NCBI GenBank assembly: GCA_903841185.1
Contig: CAIMIV010000070.1
Location: 2,984 to 66,983, forward strand
Direction: 5' to 3'
From: an uncultured bacterium
GTDB taxonomy: Bacteria > Patescibacteriota > Minisyncoccia > Moranbacterales > UBA2206
DNA length: 64,000 bases
Shown here: positions 40,367-49,514 of the stretch, one piece after another
Layout: each line of letters opens with the position of its first letter
Position numbering within the stretch: the first letter of the stretch is position 1
Notes under the pieces: model-generated
What the model was told of the DNA's origin: nothing
The model's database searches: none
The model's input: only the letters and a program-made list of their open reading frames with translations
Made by a program: the position numbers and the translations under genes

Positions 40367-40437
40367 GTTTTCCTCCTTGAAAAAAATACGGGCGGTGCAC
40401 AGATGTGTCACCGCCCGGTTAAGGTTACGCCGTTTAT

Positions 40438-41190
40438 TTAGATTACGGCCGCAATGTTTTGGCTGGGACCGCCTGTCCCGAGCGCCTGGCTTTGGCTAGA
40501 CACAGACTGAGAAACAAACTGTGCCAGCTTGGCTAATTTGCCCTTAGTCGCATCACCGATATCGATGAATTGGGTCATGCCCGCCTCATCTTTGAAAGCC
40601 TGCAATGCAGTTGCATATTCCGTAGCGTTAACACCGATCAGGACAGTCACAATAGACTCAACCTGCTCTCCCGCGATGGCTTTTCGGATTTCCTCCTTAA
40701 TCATAGCCAGAGAAGTAACAGAAGCATTGTCGTAACCGTCAGTAATCACAAAAGCAATGGCATTGACACCGAAATCTTGATCTGCCAGCTGTTTGCCATA
40801 GGCATTCATCGCACCGACGGCGCTGAAGACCGCATCGTTGAGTGGAGTCATTCCACCCGGACAAATATCCGGATACTGTGCCACGTCAATCTCGGCAAGT
40901 GGTTTGAATCCATGCATCTCGTTCACGCCATTCCGATATTGAGACCCGAATGTCACCACCCGCACCAACAGGTTGTCAGATCGCGGAGATCTCTTACAGC
41001 TCTCCACGGCAGCCACCAAAGCGGAGCGTAGATCATTTTCCCATCCAGCCACAGAGCCCGTTTCATCCACGGCAATTGTGACCAAGGTATATTCCGTCGC
41101 CCCAAGCCGTTCAATGCGCGCGCCGGTGTAGGTAAAATTTCCTCCACCGATCCGCCCCTCTTCCATTCCATCATCCATTAAGCGTGCCAT
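40438..41190 (-). CDS. von Willebrand factor A domain protein (TerY-like)
   Basis: MIDAS motif DETGS..T..D within a Rossmann-like vWA fold. 250 aa. Confidence 0.75.
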   Translation of the reverse strand: MARLMDDGMEEGRIGGGNFTYTGARIERLGATEYTLVTIAVDETGSVAGWENDLRSALVAAVESCKRSPRSDNLLVRVVTFGSQYRNGVNEMHGFKPLAEIDVAQYPDICPGGMTPLNDAVFSAVGAMNAYGKQLADQDFGVNAIAFVITDGYDNASVTSLAMIKEEIRKAIAGEQVESIVTVLIGVNATEYATALQAFKDEAGMTQFIDIGDATKGKLAKLAQFVSQSVSSQSQALGTGGPSQNIAAVI

Positions 41191-41218
41191 TTGCTATTCT
41201 CCTTTTCTCTAAAAGATT

Positions 41219-41255
41219 GGGTTTGGTTGCCGGGCGTTTGCCCGGCAACCAAACC
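41219..41255 (-). terminator. Intrinsic terminator between the pncA-like gene and the triad
   Basis: GGGTTTGGTTGCCGGGC gttt GCCCGGCAACCAAACC, a perfect 16-bp stem. Confidence 0.6.
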
Positions 41256-41266
41256 GCACATATTCC

Positions 41267-42094
41267 TTAGTTGAGAAAGGCTTCAGTGGTGGTCAACACC
41301 ATTCCCCGAGCCTCCATATCCTTAAGCCACTGTTGCGCCATGGCCGGAAAATCCGGACCATTCGGCACAGCCGGCACAGGACTGACCGCATCGGTCAGAA
41401 TGTAGAACTTTTTGATGTGGTCCTCGCCGATATTGTCTGCAATTTGCTGGACAGTAGATCTCACACAATGAGAAAGCGCCTCACCGGCAATCGCCACAAT
41501 ATCCGCCCGCATCAGGATTTCTAGAAATTGGGTATTGAGACCGGTGGTTGGATCTTGCGGATCCGGCACCTCAGCCATCAACGCCCCATAATGTTCCGTA
41601 AAGGCATTTGTGCCTTTGGTGACATAATCCACGTTAGCAAAGGCCTGTCGTTCCCAGCGTTGCAGCGCTTTTACCAGGTCATCTTGCACGTTGTGACCGG
41701 GCGTGCCAATCAGGCAGTGCTCCGGCCAAACCATGAGCGGATAATTGCCCTGCTGTTCCAACGCCTGGGCATAGGCGAGCAAGCGCGGGCGAAACACGGG
41801 ATTCCTCGGAGTCCAGATACCCGCTTGGATATCTTGGACAGTGACGATGGTAAACGGCGCCGGTTGGTCGCCATTTTGGTCTCGCCACATACCGGGGTGC
41901 GCCACATCAATCACTCGATGAGAATCGAGCGTGACATGGATATCCTCCAGCTTTCCTCCAATGCGATCAATCATCGCGGCCACGTGCCGCATGTCCTCAT
42001 TGGCGCCCGGTACCGGCAAAGCAGCGGTGGCATCGTCCATAAAATCCTTCTGCGGATCGATGATAACGAGATGAACGGAAATTTTTCTAGCCAT
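41267..42094 (-). CDS. pncA: Isochorismatase-family hydrolase, putative nicotinamidase
   Basis: LVIIDPQKDF (DxQxDF) and a catalytic Cys context (ALSHCVRST). Start at MARKIS with RBS AAAGGAGGA (the ORF extends to 42226). Confidence 0.65.
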   Translation of the reverse strand: MARKISVHLVIIDPQKDFMDDATAALPVPGANEDMRHVAAMIDRIGGKLEDIHVTLDSHRVIDVAHPGMWRDQNGDQPAPFTIVTVQDIQAGIWTPRNPVFRPRLLAYAQALEQQGNYPLMVWPEHCLIGTPGHNVQDDLVKALQRWERQAFANVDYVTKGTNAFTEHYGALMAEVPDPQDPTTGLNTQFLEILMRADIVAIAGEALSHCVRSTVQQIADNIGEDHIKKFYILTDAVSPVPAVPNGPDFPAMAQQWLKDMEARGMVLTTTEAFLN

Positions 42095-42162
42095 AATACA
42101 TCCTCCTTTTGCATTAATTGTAAAAGAACCTTGTCTTGGGATAATTTTCAAACTACTCCAAG

Positions 42163-42198
42163 ACGACAAAAGCCCCGCTCTTCTTGAGCAGGGCTTTT
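42163..42198 (-). terminator. Intrinsic terminator inside the pncA 5-prime leader (candidate attenuator / riboswitch expression platform)
   Basis: AGCCCCGCTC ttctt GAGCAGGGCT flanked by A and T runs. About 75 nt upstream of the pncA ATG and downstream of the operator-like palindrome. Confidence 0.4.
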
Positions 42199-42373
42199 TA
42201 TCGAGGTCCTTTATTTCCTTCGCCATTGTGAAACACGACTAACTCAATGCGCAGGAGAAAGGATCTCGAGAAAAGCCTTCCTCGAAAAGATAGTTATCGT
42301 GTTTCATTATATTTGATACTAAAGAACTTGCTGTGCATAGAGCTGAATTTTTTAGGTCTTCTTCCATCTCTAT

Positions 42374-42394
42374 ATTGTGTATTATATACACTAT
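42374..42394 (-). promoter_or_regulatory. 21-bp palindrome (candidate NrtR operator) at the head of the pncA leader
   Basis: ATTGTGTATTATATACACTAT. Confidence 0.45.
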
Positions 42395-42473
42395 ATATTT
42401 ATTGTCAAGCACTCCCTGTGGATAACTCCAAAAAACCCCGCTACTAAGGCTCTGTAACAAAATAAATTTCCAC

Positions 42474-42512
42474 TAAAAAAAGCGCATACCGGGTGGGTAA
42501 TGTGCTTTTTTA
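42474..42512 (-). terminator. Intrinsic terminator downstream of the nrtR-like gene
   Basis: AGCGCATACC..GGGTAATGTGCT hairpin flanked by A7 and T6. Confidence 0.5.
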
Positions 42513-42529
42513 TATTCTATTAGACTGCT

Positions 42530-43219
42530 TTATAAAATCTGTGCCAGCATGAGCGAGCGTTGGGTGAAGCGGTACAATTGCGCCGGACGCGACACGCCCC
42601 CTCGGCGCAGACCTTTCGCGGTTTGCACGATGCCCAAAGCTAATATTTTTTTTCTAAAATTCCGTTTATCCAGTGCGCGTTCCAAAATAATTTCGTACAC
42701 GGCTTGCAACTCGCTTAGGGTGAATTCCGCCGGCAACAAGCCATAGGCGATGTTAGTATATTCTATCTTGGCTTGCAGTCTGGCAAAACCGTATTGAATG
42801 ATTTCCTTGTGATCAAAGGCCATTCTGGGCAAATGATCCAGCGCCCGCCATTGGATGTCGGTGTAATAATCCATAGTCTTGAGCGCGAATTGATCGCTAT
42901 CCACCAGTGCGAAATAGGCTACGGAAACCATCCGGCCACGCACATCCCGAGCAACGCCACTAAAAGTATACAGCTGTTCCATATACACGCCTTTGAGGCC
43001 GGCTTTTTTCTCCAAAATATTGCGCGCCGCCTCGTCCAAGGTTTCGTTGATCGGCACAATTCCTCCGGGCAGCGCCCACTTCCCCTGATAGGGACCACTA
43101 CCGATTTTGATCAGCAACACATTCAATTTGCCTTCACGGATGGTGAAAATCAGCGTGTCGACCGCCAAAGCGGGACCGATAATGAGTTGCGCGCTGTCCG
43201 GGTTGTTTTTAATTTTCAT
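42530..43219 (-). CDS. nrtR: NrtR-type regulator (N-terminal Nudix domain plus C-terminal winged-helix)
   Basis: Nudix box region GKWALPGGIVPINETLDEAARNILEKKAGL. C-terminal wHTH-like LSELQAVYEIILERALDKRNFRKKILALGIV. 229 aa. Confidence 0.7.
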   Translation of the reverse strand: MKIKNNPDSAQLIIGPALAVDTLIFTIREGKLNVLLIKIGSGPYQGKWALPGGIVPINETLDEAARNILEKKAGLKGVYMEQLYTFSGVARDVRGRMVSVAYFALVDSDQFALKTMDYYTDIQWRALDHLPRMAFDHKEIIQYGFARLQAKIEYTNIAYGLLPAEFTLSELQAVYEIILERALDKRNFRKKILALGIVQTAKGLRRGGVSRPAQLYRFTQRSLMLAQIL

Positions 43220-43374
43220 AATATATTGTTAGTGTATGTATGACACCACAATAGCACGCTTTTTCTGTTTTGTAAAGCGAGTGCTCTCTAATAATGGTTA
43301 TAGAAAAAACTCTCTCGCAAACCATATTGCAAGAGAGTTATCATCAGGAGTCCCTATCTTTTGTTTTGGCAACA

Positions 43375-43533
43375 TTATGCCCTCACAAAATATTTTTTAT
43401 GGATACCTGCAATTGCCATGGCAATTCGTGTTTCTTGACGCTTCCATTTGCGATCCAGGGCTAATTCATTTCGTACCAGATAACGCAAATCTTTGGCCCG
43501 TTGGGAAAAATCGACTATTAACTTACTGCCCAT
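43375..43533 (-). CDS. Small basic protein (52 aa), paralog of 33075..33224
   Basis: RBS GGAGG. MGSKLIVDFSQRAKDLRYLVRNELALDRKWKRQETRIAMAIAG.. shares the DL.YLV..EL..DR.WKRQE.RI core with the other copy. Confidence 0.4.
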   Translation of the reverse strand: MGSKLIVDFSQRAKDLRYLVRNELALDRKWKRQETRIAMAIAGIHKKYFVRA

Positions 43534-43917
43534 AATAGCAACCTCCTTTTTTGTCTGCCAGTATTAGAAAAGAACCGCTCCGCCCGTCCTGCGCGACGCT
43601 ATTGTTGCCGCGTTGCTCTCGAGATACTAAGCTCCTTGTGCTACGTGTTTTTTCGACAATTATTTTTTCTCCGCTCCTTATATTTGCATCTTAGCATAAA
43701 ATTCCTTTTTTAGTCGAGAGTTCTTCTCACGGTGCCAAACTCCGCCTTTTACCCTCACAAAAAAATAGTTCTGCCACAGTAAAAAGAGGCTCCTCCGTGT
43801 CTCTTTTTCCAGAATAACGTTCCTGCTATTTTAAAAATCTTTCTCCAAAGCTCTTGTCTAAGCGGAAGAATATCAGCCCTTCTTTGTATAAGTACATATA
43901 ACCCACTAACGCTATTT

Positions 43918-44898
43918 ATGAAAAAAATTATATTTGCCTTAATCACCCTTCTTGTCCTAGGCGGGGCAGTGACTTTTCTTGTTAAAACTAACTTAAAAAC
44001 GACACCCTCTCCGGAAAATTCCACGCCGTCATCAGGCACGGCTGCTCCGGGACCGGGCGACTCGCTGGCCGGTTCCGCTACTCCAAATAATGCTCCACTG
44101 ACCTTTGCCGTTATTGGCGACACCAAGGCTTTCAAAGCCGGGAATCCCAACGGCAACCTGGAAAAAGCCGTCGCCTCTTTGAGCCGACAATCTTTTGCTT
44201 TCGCTTTTGTCATGGGCGATCTCGTCTCCAGCTGCAACGGTGGAAGTTCTTGCGAAAAAAAATATGCCGCTTGGAAAAGCGTAATGGCACCCATTCTAGA
44301 TAAAACCTATGAGGTGCCAGGCAATCATGACCGTACCAGCGGAGATTCGGCTGACGCCGTGTGGCAAAAAGAATTCAATTTGCCGACTAATGGGCCGGTT
44401 GATTTTCAAGAGCTCACGTATTCCTTTGATTCCGGCAATGCCCATTTTGTTGTTCTCGACAGTGAAAAACCCAAGGAACATCTTGTTAATGACGTACAAA
44501 GAAATTGGCTAGAGCAAGATCTGACGGCAAATACGAAATCCCAAACCTTTATCTTTTTGCACGAACCCGCTTTTCAAATGAGTCAGGATAAAAATGATGT
44601 CTTGGATGTCAAGCCTTCTGAGCGTGATCAATTCTGGGATATCCTCAAAAAACATAATGTAACCGCGGTTTTTAATGGCCACCTGCATATGACGGCCCGA
44701 AAAAAACAAGACGGTATCGAACAATTTGTCATCGGAGACACTGATAGCACTGCCGATGATATTCCGCAAAAAGACCTGACCGACTTCGGTCTTTCCGGGC
44801 ACTACTATGCATTGGTATCCGTAGAGGGAAACAACATTGACGTGAAAATATATTCGCTGACAGGAGACCTGATCAGTGACTATTCCTTTTCTAAATAA
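43918..44898 (+). CDS. Secreted calcineurin-like metallophosphoesterase
   Basis: Signal peptide, GDxxY/GNHD (VPGNHD) and GHLH motifs. 326 aa. Confidence 0.75.
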   Translation: MKKIIFALITLLVLGGAVTFLVKTNLKTTPSPENSTPSSGTAAPGPGDSLAGSATPNNAPLTFAVIGDTKAFKAGNPNGNLEKAVASLSRQSFAFAFVMGDLVSSCNGGSSCEKKYAAWKSVMAPILDKTYEVPGNHDRTSGDSADAVWQKEFNLPTNGPVDFQELTYSFDSGNAHFVVLDSEKPKEHLVNDVQRNWLEQDLTANTKSQTFIFLHEPAFQMSQDKNDVLDVKPSERDQFWDILKKHNVTAVFNGHLHMTARKKQDGIEQFVIGDTDSTADDIPQKDLTDFGLSGHYYALVSVEGNNIDVKIYSLTGDLISDYSFSK

Positions 44899-44954
44899 AA
44901 AATCTCTATCATATAAAGCTATCTTTTTTTATAAATATTTGACTTCCCCACACT

Positions 44955-46658
44955 TTAAATGGCTAATTCACTTCGCATAAAATCCATCAACTCCGCAACG
45001 TATTCTTTTGAAAAATCAAACGCAATGCCCGCCGTGGCATACACCTCAGCAACCGGCTTAGTATAGCCCAGTGCCAAAAAATTTTTATATTCTTCCATAG
45101 ACTTTTGGGGATTCTGCCGATAGTTGCGATAAACAGCAATAGCGCCCAACTGCGCCAGCACATATTCGATATAATAGAACGGCACTTCAAAGATATGCAA
45201 TTGCAACATCCAACGCATGGCTTTCTCTTTCTCCAAACCCGTCCAACTCCCGCCCACGTGAAACCGATCGAGCAGTCCGGCGAAATGCTTCCCCCGTTCC
45301 TCCGCACTATGTTCCGGATGCAAATATAGCCAATGTTGAAAAGCATCCACCACTACGCCCCACGGAAGAACATTCAGCTTATCCCGCAATTCTTTTTTTC
45401 GGATGTTTTCCAGATCAGCTGGAGCATAAAAGTTGTCCCAATGGTCCATTGAAAGCAGCTCCATGCTCATCGAAGCCAGCTCGGCCACTTCGCTGGGAGT
45501 GCTTGTATATTGCATAATCGGATGCTGTTTCGACAATCTGTTGTGCATGGCGTGACCGGTTTCATGCACAAATACTTCCACGTCCTGCCTGACACCTACG
45601 GCATGCATAAAAATAAAGGAAGAACCCGCTTCATAGAGCGGATAGCAATAGCCACCCGGCGCTTTTCCTTTGCGATTCTCCGCATCAATAAATTCATGGG
45701 TTCGCATTTTTTCCAGTTCAATACCAAACAAAGGATCCACTTGTGCAATTGTTTGCGCACCTTTGGCGATCAAATCTTCGTGCGTCGCAAAGGGTTTAAT
45801 CAGTTGACCGTCAATATCCACTTTGAAATCCCACGGTTTCAACACGTCCAATCCCAATTTGCTCTTGCGCTCCGCATTGAATTCTTCGATCAAGGGAACA
45901 ATCATCTCCTCCACCACCGTGTGCAGTCGCACCAAGTCCTCTGGCGTATAGGAAAATCGTCCATTGGCCTGATGCGCATAATCTCGATAATTTTCAAACC
46001 CGGCATTTTTGGCTATCTGCACTCGCAGACTTTTCAGTTCATCAAACAAGCTATCCAGAACGACCTGATCTTGCGCATAGCGTCCGAACATCAAGCGCCA
46101 AGCCGCTTCTCGCAACTCGCGGTTTTGATCTTCCAGATAGTGAGCCAGTTGTTGCACTGTTTTTTCCTCTCCCTGAAATAACACCGTCATCTTGGAAACT
46201 ATTTTTCCATACTGAGTAGTCAATTCCTGTTCTTTCACAAACAATGGGATATTTTCCTCCCGGAATAATTCAATTTCACTAGCAATAATCCTGTTCAAAT
46301 GCGCATACTCCGGAGCAAGTTGGGTGCGCCAAGGACTAGCATAAAATTTCTTTTTTAATTTAAAAGCATAGGAGGACCTCTTTGCTTCTATGGTTTCCAC
46401 AAACTGATTGAAGGCCTGCTCGTGCTCCACATTATCGGCAAAGCGCGTCATGTTGATATATAGCCACGCCCCCTTATCCCTAATTATCTTATCCAACTCA
46501 CTCACCGTCTGCCAAAATTCCAGCAGTTCCTCTGCCGAGCCGATAGGATAGGCCAGCAGTTTTTCCAACTCCTCTTGCAGTTTTTCCCAGGTCGTAATGG
46601 CAAAATCCTGGGGAAAATATTTCCGCGCCAGTTGTTGCACTGTCTTATCACTTGTCAT
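44955..46658 (-). CDS. pepF: M3B oligoendopeptidase F
   Basis: HETGHAMH zinc motif and M3 fold. 567 aa. Confidence 0.85.
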   Translation of the reverse strand: MTSDKTVQQLARKYFPQDFAITTWEKLQEELEKLLAYPIGSAEELLEFWQTVSELDKIIRDKGAWLYINMTRFADNVEHEQAFNQFVETIEAKRSSYAFKLKKKFYASPWRTQLAPEYAHLNRIIASEIELFREENIPLFVKEQELTTQYGKIVSKMTVLFQGEEKTVQQLAHYLEDQNRELREAAWRLMFGRYAQDQVVLDSLFDELKSLRVQIAKNAGFENYRDYAHQANGRFSYTPEDLVRLHTVVEEMIVPLIEEFNAERKSKLGLDVLKPWDFKVDIDGQLIKPFATHEDLIAKGAQTIAQVDPLFGIELEKMRTHEFIDAENRKGKAPGGYCYPLYEAGSSFIFMHAVGVRQDVEVFVHETGHAMHNRLSKQHPIMQYTSTPSEVAELASMSMELLSMDHWDNFYAPADLENIRKKELRDKLNVLPWGVVVDAFQHWLYLHPEHSAEERGKHFAGLLDRFHVGGSWTGLEKEKAMRWMLQLHIFEVPFYYIEYVLAQLGAIAVYRNYRQNPQKSMEEYKNFLALGYTKPVAEVYATAGIAFDFSKEYVAELMDFMRSELAI

Positions 46659-46853
46659 ATATTCAGCTTAGTTATTTACCGTTCTCATTATACCAGATTT
46701 CTCTGCGCTTGCCTCTCCCCATGATATTGCAGGCCTGGTACCTGGGGAAAACAACACTAGAGGCTATCCGCTCAAAAAGAAAAACCGCCCGAAGGAAGTT
46801 TTTCCTTACAGACGGTCTGCGGCAGATTTTCTGCGCCGATGGGCTAAGGCTGT

Positions 46854-47216
46854 TTATTTTGATCCCAAAAAAAGGATTGACAACTCTTTGGGCAGATATT
46901 GGGTAAATATCTGCCTTTCATCAAATGCGAGAACTGTCCTCACATATATTTTATGGGGAATCCCTCTTTCCCCATACACAATGACTTGGGCTAGAATTTT
47001 TTCCTCCTGATCAAAAAATTCGGCGCACTGCTCTTTGGCGTTAAAGCGGACTGCAATGCTGCGCATTGAGCCAGATAAAGCCTCCGCGACCAAGTCTAAC
47101 TCTGACTTAAAGAAAGCAACAAAGGTTCTGGCGCCTCCTCCTTCCCAAGGTTGCACCACTTTTTCCTGCACTGGTGCTTTGCGTAAACCAAAAAATCCCA
47201 GGATAATTTTCAGCAT
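46854..47216 (-). CDS. Hypothetical protein
   Basis: 120 aa. RBS GGAGGGG. No family recognised. Confidence 0.4.
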   Translation of the reverse strand: MLKIILGFFGLRKAPVQEKVVQPWEGGGARTFVAFFKSELDLVAEALSGSMRSIAVRFNAKEQCAEFFDQEEKILAQVIVYGERGIPHKIYVRTVLAFDERQIFTQYLPKELSILFLGSK

Positions 47217-47260
47217 ATTCCCCTCCGTTTTTTTAAACCTATTTTTTGAATTCTTTTCTA

Positions 47261-47291
47261 AAAACCATTTGTAAAGGGACTTCCGATAATC
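47261..47291 (-). promoter_or_regulatory. Conserved 31-nt intergenic motif, copy 1
   Basis: Minus-strand AGTTTGCTAAGATTATCGGAAGTCCCTTTAC. 27/31 identical to the copy at 49335..49364. Both are 40-90 nt upstream of minus-strand starts. Confidence 0.3.
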
Positions 47292-47345
47292 TTAGCAAAC
47301 TAAAAGCCTATCGTCAATCCCAGCCCCTAATGCGCAGAACTGGGC

Positions 47346-48230
47346 CTAACTAATCACTAACATAATTGTGCCGCCCAAGATAATGACACTCGCAACCACT
47401 TTCCTGAAGATACCATCTTCCGCAAAAAATTTGCCCCCCGTAAACACATGAAACAACGAAGACATTTTGTAGATAGCGATCACCATGCCGATGCTGGCAG
47501 CCACTTGGATGGCACTGGCATACATATAGCGATGCGCCACGGTCAAAAGCGAGATGAAAAAAATTATTTTCCAGGATTGTTTCACGTCCTTTTTCATCTC
47601 TCCGGTGATTTGTCGTTTATACAGCCTGTAGGCAAAGAACGTTGCATAACTGACCGCGATAAAAAATTGGATAAAAACCAGATAGGCCAGCGGATTGACC
47701 TGGTAGCGAAAAAGAATAATCCGGTCGAATATCGCCGAGATGCCGCCAATCAATAGATATAAGAGAATATAATACACATATTTACTTCTTCCCTCCCGAA
47801 AGATGCCGCAATTCAATTTGAAATTTTTTAACTCCAAAAAGATCATCCCCCCCACTATCAACAGGACGCCTAGCAGTTGGATGCCGGTCATTTTTTCACC
47901 CAAGGCAATATAGGCAAAAATAGTCACCACCAGTGGCATCAATGCGAGAATAGGCGCTGTTTCACTAAGTTGATTATGTTTTATGGTTTTGAAGACAAGT
48001 AGTGACGCCCCGGCGGAAGGGAGGGAGGCCAGAAATATAATCCCTATGACAAAAGGGTTTATTTGCGCAAAATCCGCCATAAAAACTAGTGGAATTGAGA
48101 TAAGAGCATTGCTAAAAGCGAACAAGGCCGCAAACTCAAGTGACCGCGCTTGAAAAAGCGTCTTCTTTTCCAAAACAGTTTCAATCACGATAAACAAGAC
48201 AGCAGTTATTGTCAGAAAAAACCATGTCAT
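47346..48230 (-). CDS. DMT/EamA-like transporter
   Basis: 294 aa, 10 TM segments in two 5-TM halves. Confidence 0.55.
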   Translation of the reverse strand: MTWFFLTITAVLFIVIETVLEKKTLFQARSLEFAALFAFSNALISIPLVFMADFAQINPFVIGIIFLASLPSAGASLLVFKTIKHNQLSETAPILALMPLVVTIFAYIALGEKMTGIQLLGVLLIVGGMIFLELKNFKLNCGIFREGRSKYVYYILLYLLIGGISAIFDRIILFRYQVNPLAYLVFIQFFIAVSYATFFAYRLYKRQITGEMKKDVKQSWKIIFFISLLTVAHRYMYASAIQVAASIGMVIAIYKMSSLFHVFTGGKFFAEDGIFRKVVASVIILGGTIMLVIS

Positions 48231-48397
48231 AAATTAGCTATTTTTTAATATTAATTAATCTTATATCCATCATACCAGATTCTGGCCAAAAATTCGAGTT
48301 TTGTTTCTACGTAGAAACAAAAGGGGTGAGACAGAATTTCTGCCCCACCCTTACTCAGTAATAATTGCTCCGACCTTTTCGGCTTATGTGCCTGTTA

Positions 48398-48703
48398 CTA
48401 GTGACACGCCACGATTGCTGCTTTTCCTCCGGGAAACCTCCTATAATAGTAAATGAGAAAGATCACATATCCCAAGAAAACCCCATTCATCGTCATCATA
48501 AAAGCCAGCGACCAATTTTCTTTCAAAACAGCTTGGGTTATGATCAGAGACTGCAGCAAGAAAGAACCCCATACGGTTCCAAGGGATAAATTATCCGATT
48601 TCTTTGTTTGGAAAAGCAATCTAATTTGGGGAATAAAAACAGCTCCACTCACAAATCCAGAAAGCACCACCAGAACATCCACCACCATTCTAAATAAATC
48701 CAT
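48398..48703 (-). CDS. SemiSWEET / PQ-loop family small transporter
   Basis: 3 TM segments with PQ-loop motif FIPQIRLLFQTKKSDNLSL. About 100 aa. Confidence 0.55.
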   Translation of the reverse strand: MDLFRMVVDVLVVLSGFVSGAVFIPQIRLLFQTKKSDNLSLGTVWGSFLLQSLIITQAVLKENWSLAFMMTMNGVFLGYVIFLIYYYRRFPGGKAAIVACH

Positions 48704-48733
48704 ATCTCCACCCCGTACTAAATTTTATTTTGT

Positions 48734-49282
48734 TTAGATATGCCCCAGTTTGTGATATTTCCAAATTCGGAAAAATTCTCCCGGCACCAACAGCAAGCGA
48801 GCAATGGTCAATTTTATTGGAAAAAGGTTGAAAACGGAAACGGTCTTGATAGAAAAATTCAATTTCAGATCTTCTGTGGCTTTTTTGAACGTCAGATATC
48901 TGCGCAACATTCCCTCCAATGAACCAATGAGATAGATGTGTTTTACACAGACATTCATTACCTGCATAGCCTTGAAAGAATTCATGGCATTCTCGCGGGT
49001 ATGCATTGATAAACTTTCATAGAAAATATCTTCTGCCGGAATGCCCCGCATCTTCATTCTTTCAATTTGCGCTTGCACTGGAATTATGGTGAGAAATCTT
49101 TCCAAAATCTTTTTCAACCCATAGGCCTTTTGCGCCTTCGGATTTCTCGTCGCCCCGGAAACAAGGATGACTGGAACCCTCTTATCAGCCATCAACTCTT
49201 TGTAGATTTCCACCGCCTTGTCATAAATATTCGTTGAATATCCCTCATCCGGGACAATGATAATGCTGTCGTATTTTTTCAC
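48734..49282 (-). CDS. DUF218 (YdcF/SanA-like) domain protein
   Basis: IIIVPDEGYS..ILVSGA pattern. Probable GTG start after GAGGAGGGA (the ORF ATG at 49297 overlaps the RBS). Confidence 0.45.
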   Translation of the reverse strand: MKKYDSIIIVPDEGYSTNIYDKAVEIYKELMADKRVPVILVSGATRNPKAQKAYGLKKILERFLTIIPVQAQIERMKMRGIPAEDIFYESLSMHTRENAMNSFKAMQVMNVCVKHIYLIGSLEGMLRRYLTFKKATEDLKLNFSIKTVSVFNLFPIKLTIARLLLVPGEFFRIWKYHKLGHI

Positions 49283-49334
49283 ACTATCCCTCCTCATAAG
49301 TTAATGTTTTTGTAAAATAGCCTGTGTCTCTGTT

Positions 49335-49364
49335 GTAAAAGGACTTTCCATAACCTTAGCAAAC
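49335..49364 (-). promoter_or_regulatory. Conserved 31-nt intergenic motif, copy 2
   Basis: Minus-strand AGTTTGCTAAGGTTATGGAAAGTCCTTTTAC. Confidence 0.3.
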
Positions 49365-49439
49365 TGGACTTGCCTAGTCAATAAAGCATAACTTAGTAGG
49401 TCTTTTCCATTTATGCGATATAAATATTTCCTTGGCACA

Positions 49440-49478
49440 AAAAAATAACCGCCCGCAGGGAAATCCCTAGGGGCGGCA
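49440..49478 (-). terminator. Intrinsic terminator downstream of 49515..49811
   Basis: CCGCCCGCAGGG aaat CCCTAGGGGCGG. The T-run is on the minus strand. Confidence 0.5.
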
Positions 49479-49514
49479 GCACTGCAAGTCGACGTGGAGC
49501 AGATTTTTCTGCTG

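Noticed and set aside
42239-42460. 73-aa minus-strand ORF between nrtR and pncA
   Set aside because: No RBS. It contains the 21-bp operator-like palindrome and the long-range helix and terminator of the pncA leader, so it is more likely non-coding.
43755-44294. 179-aa ORF antisense to the metallophosphoesterase gene
   Set aside because: It overlaps the 5-prime half of a well-supported secreted phosphoesterase gene on the opposite strand and has no RBS.
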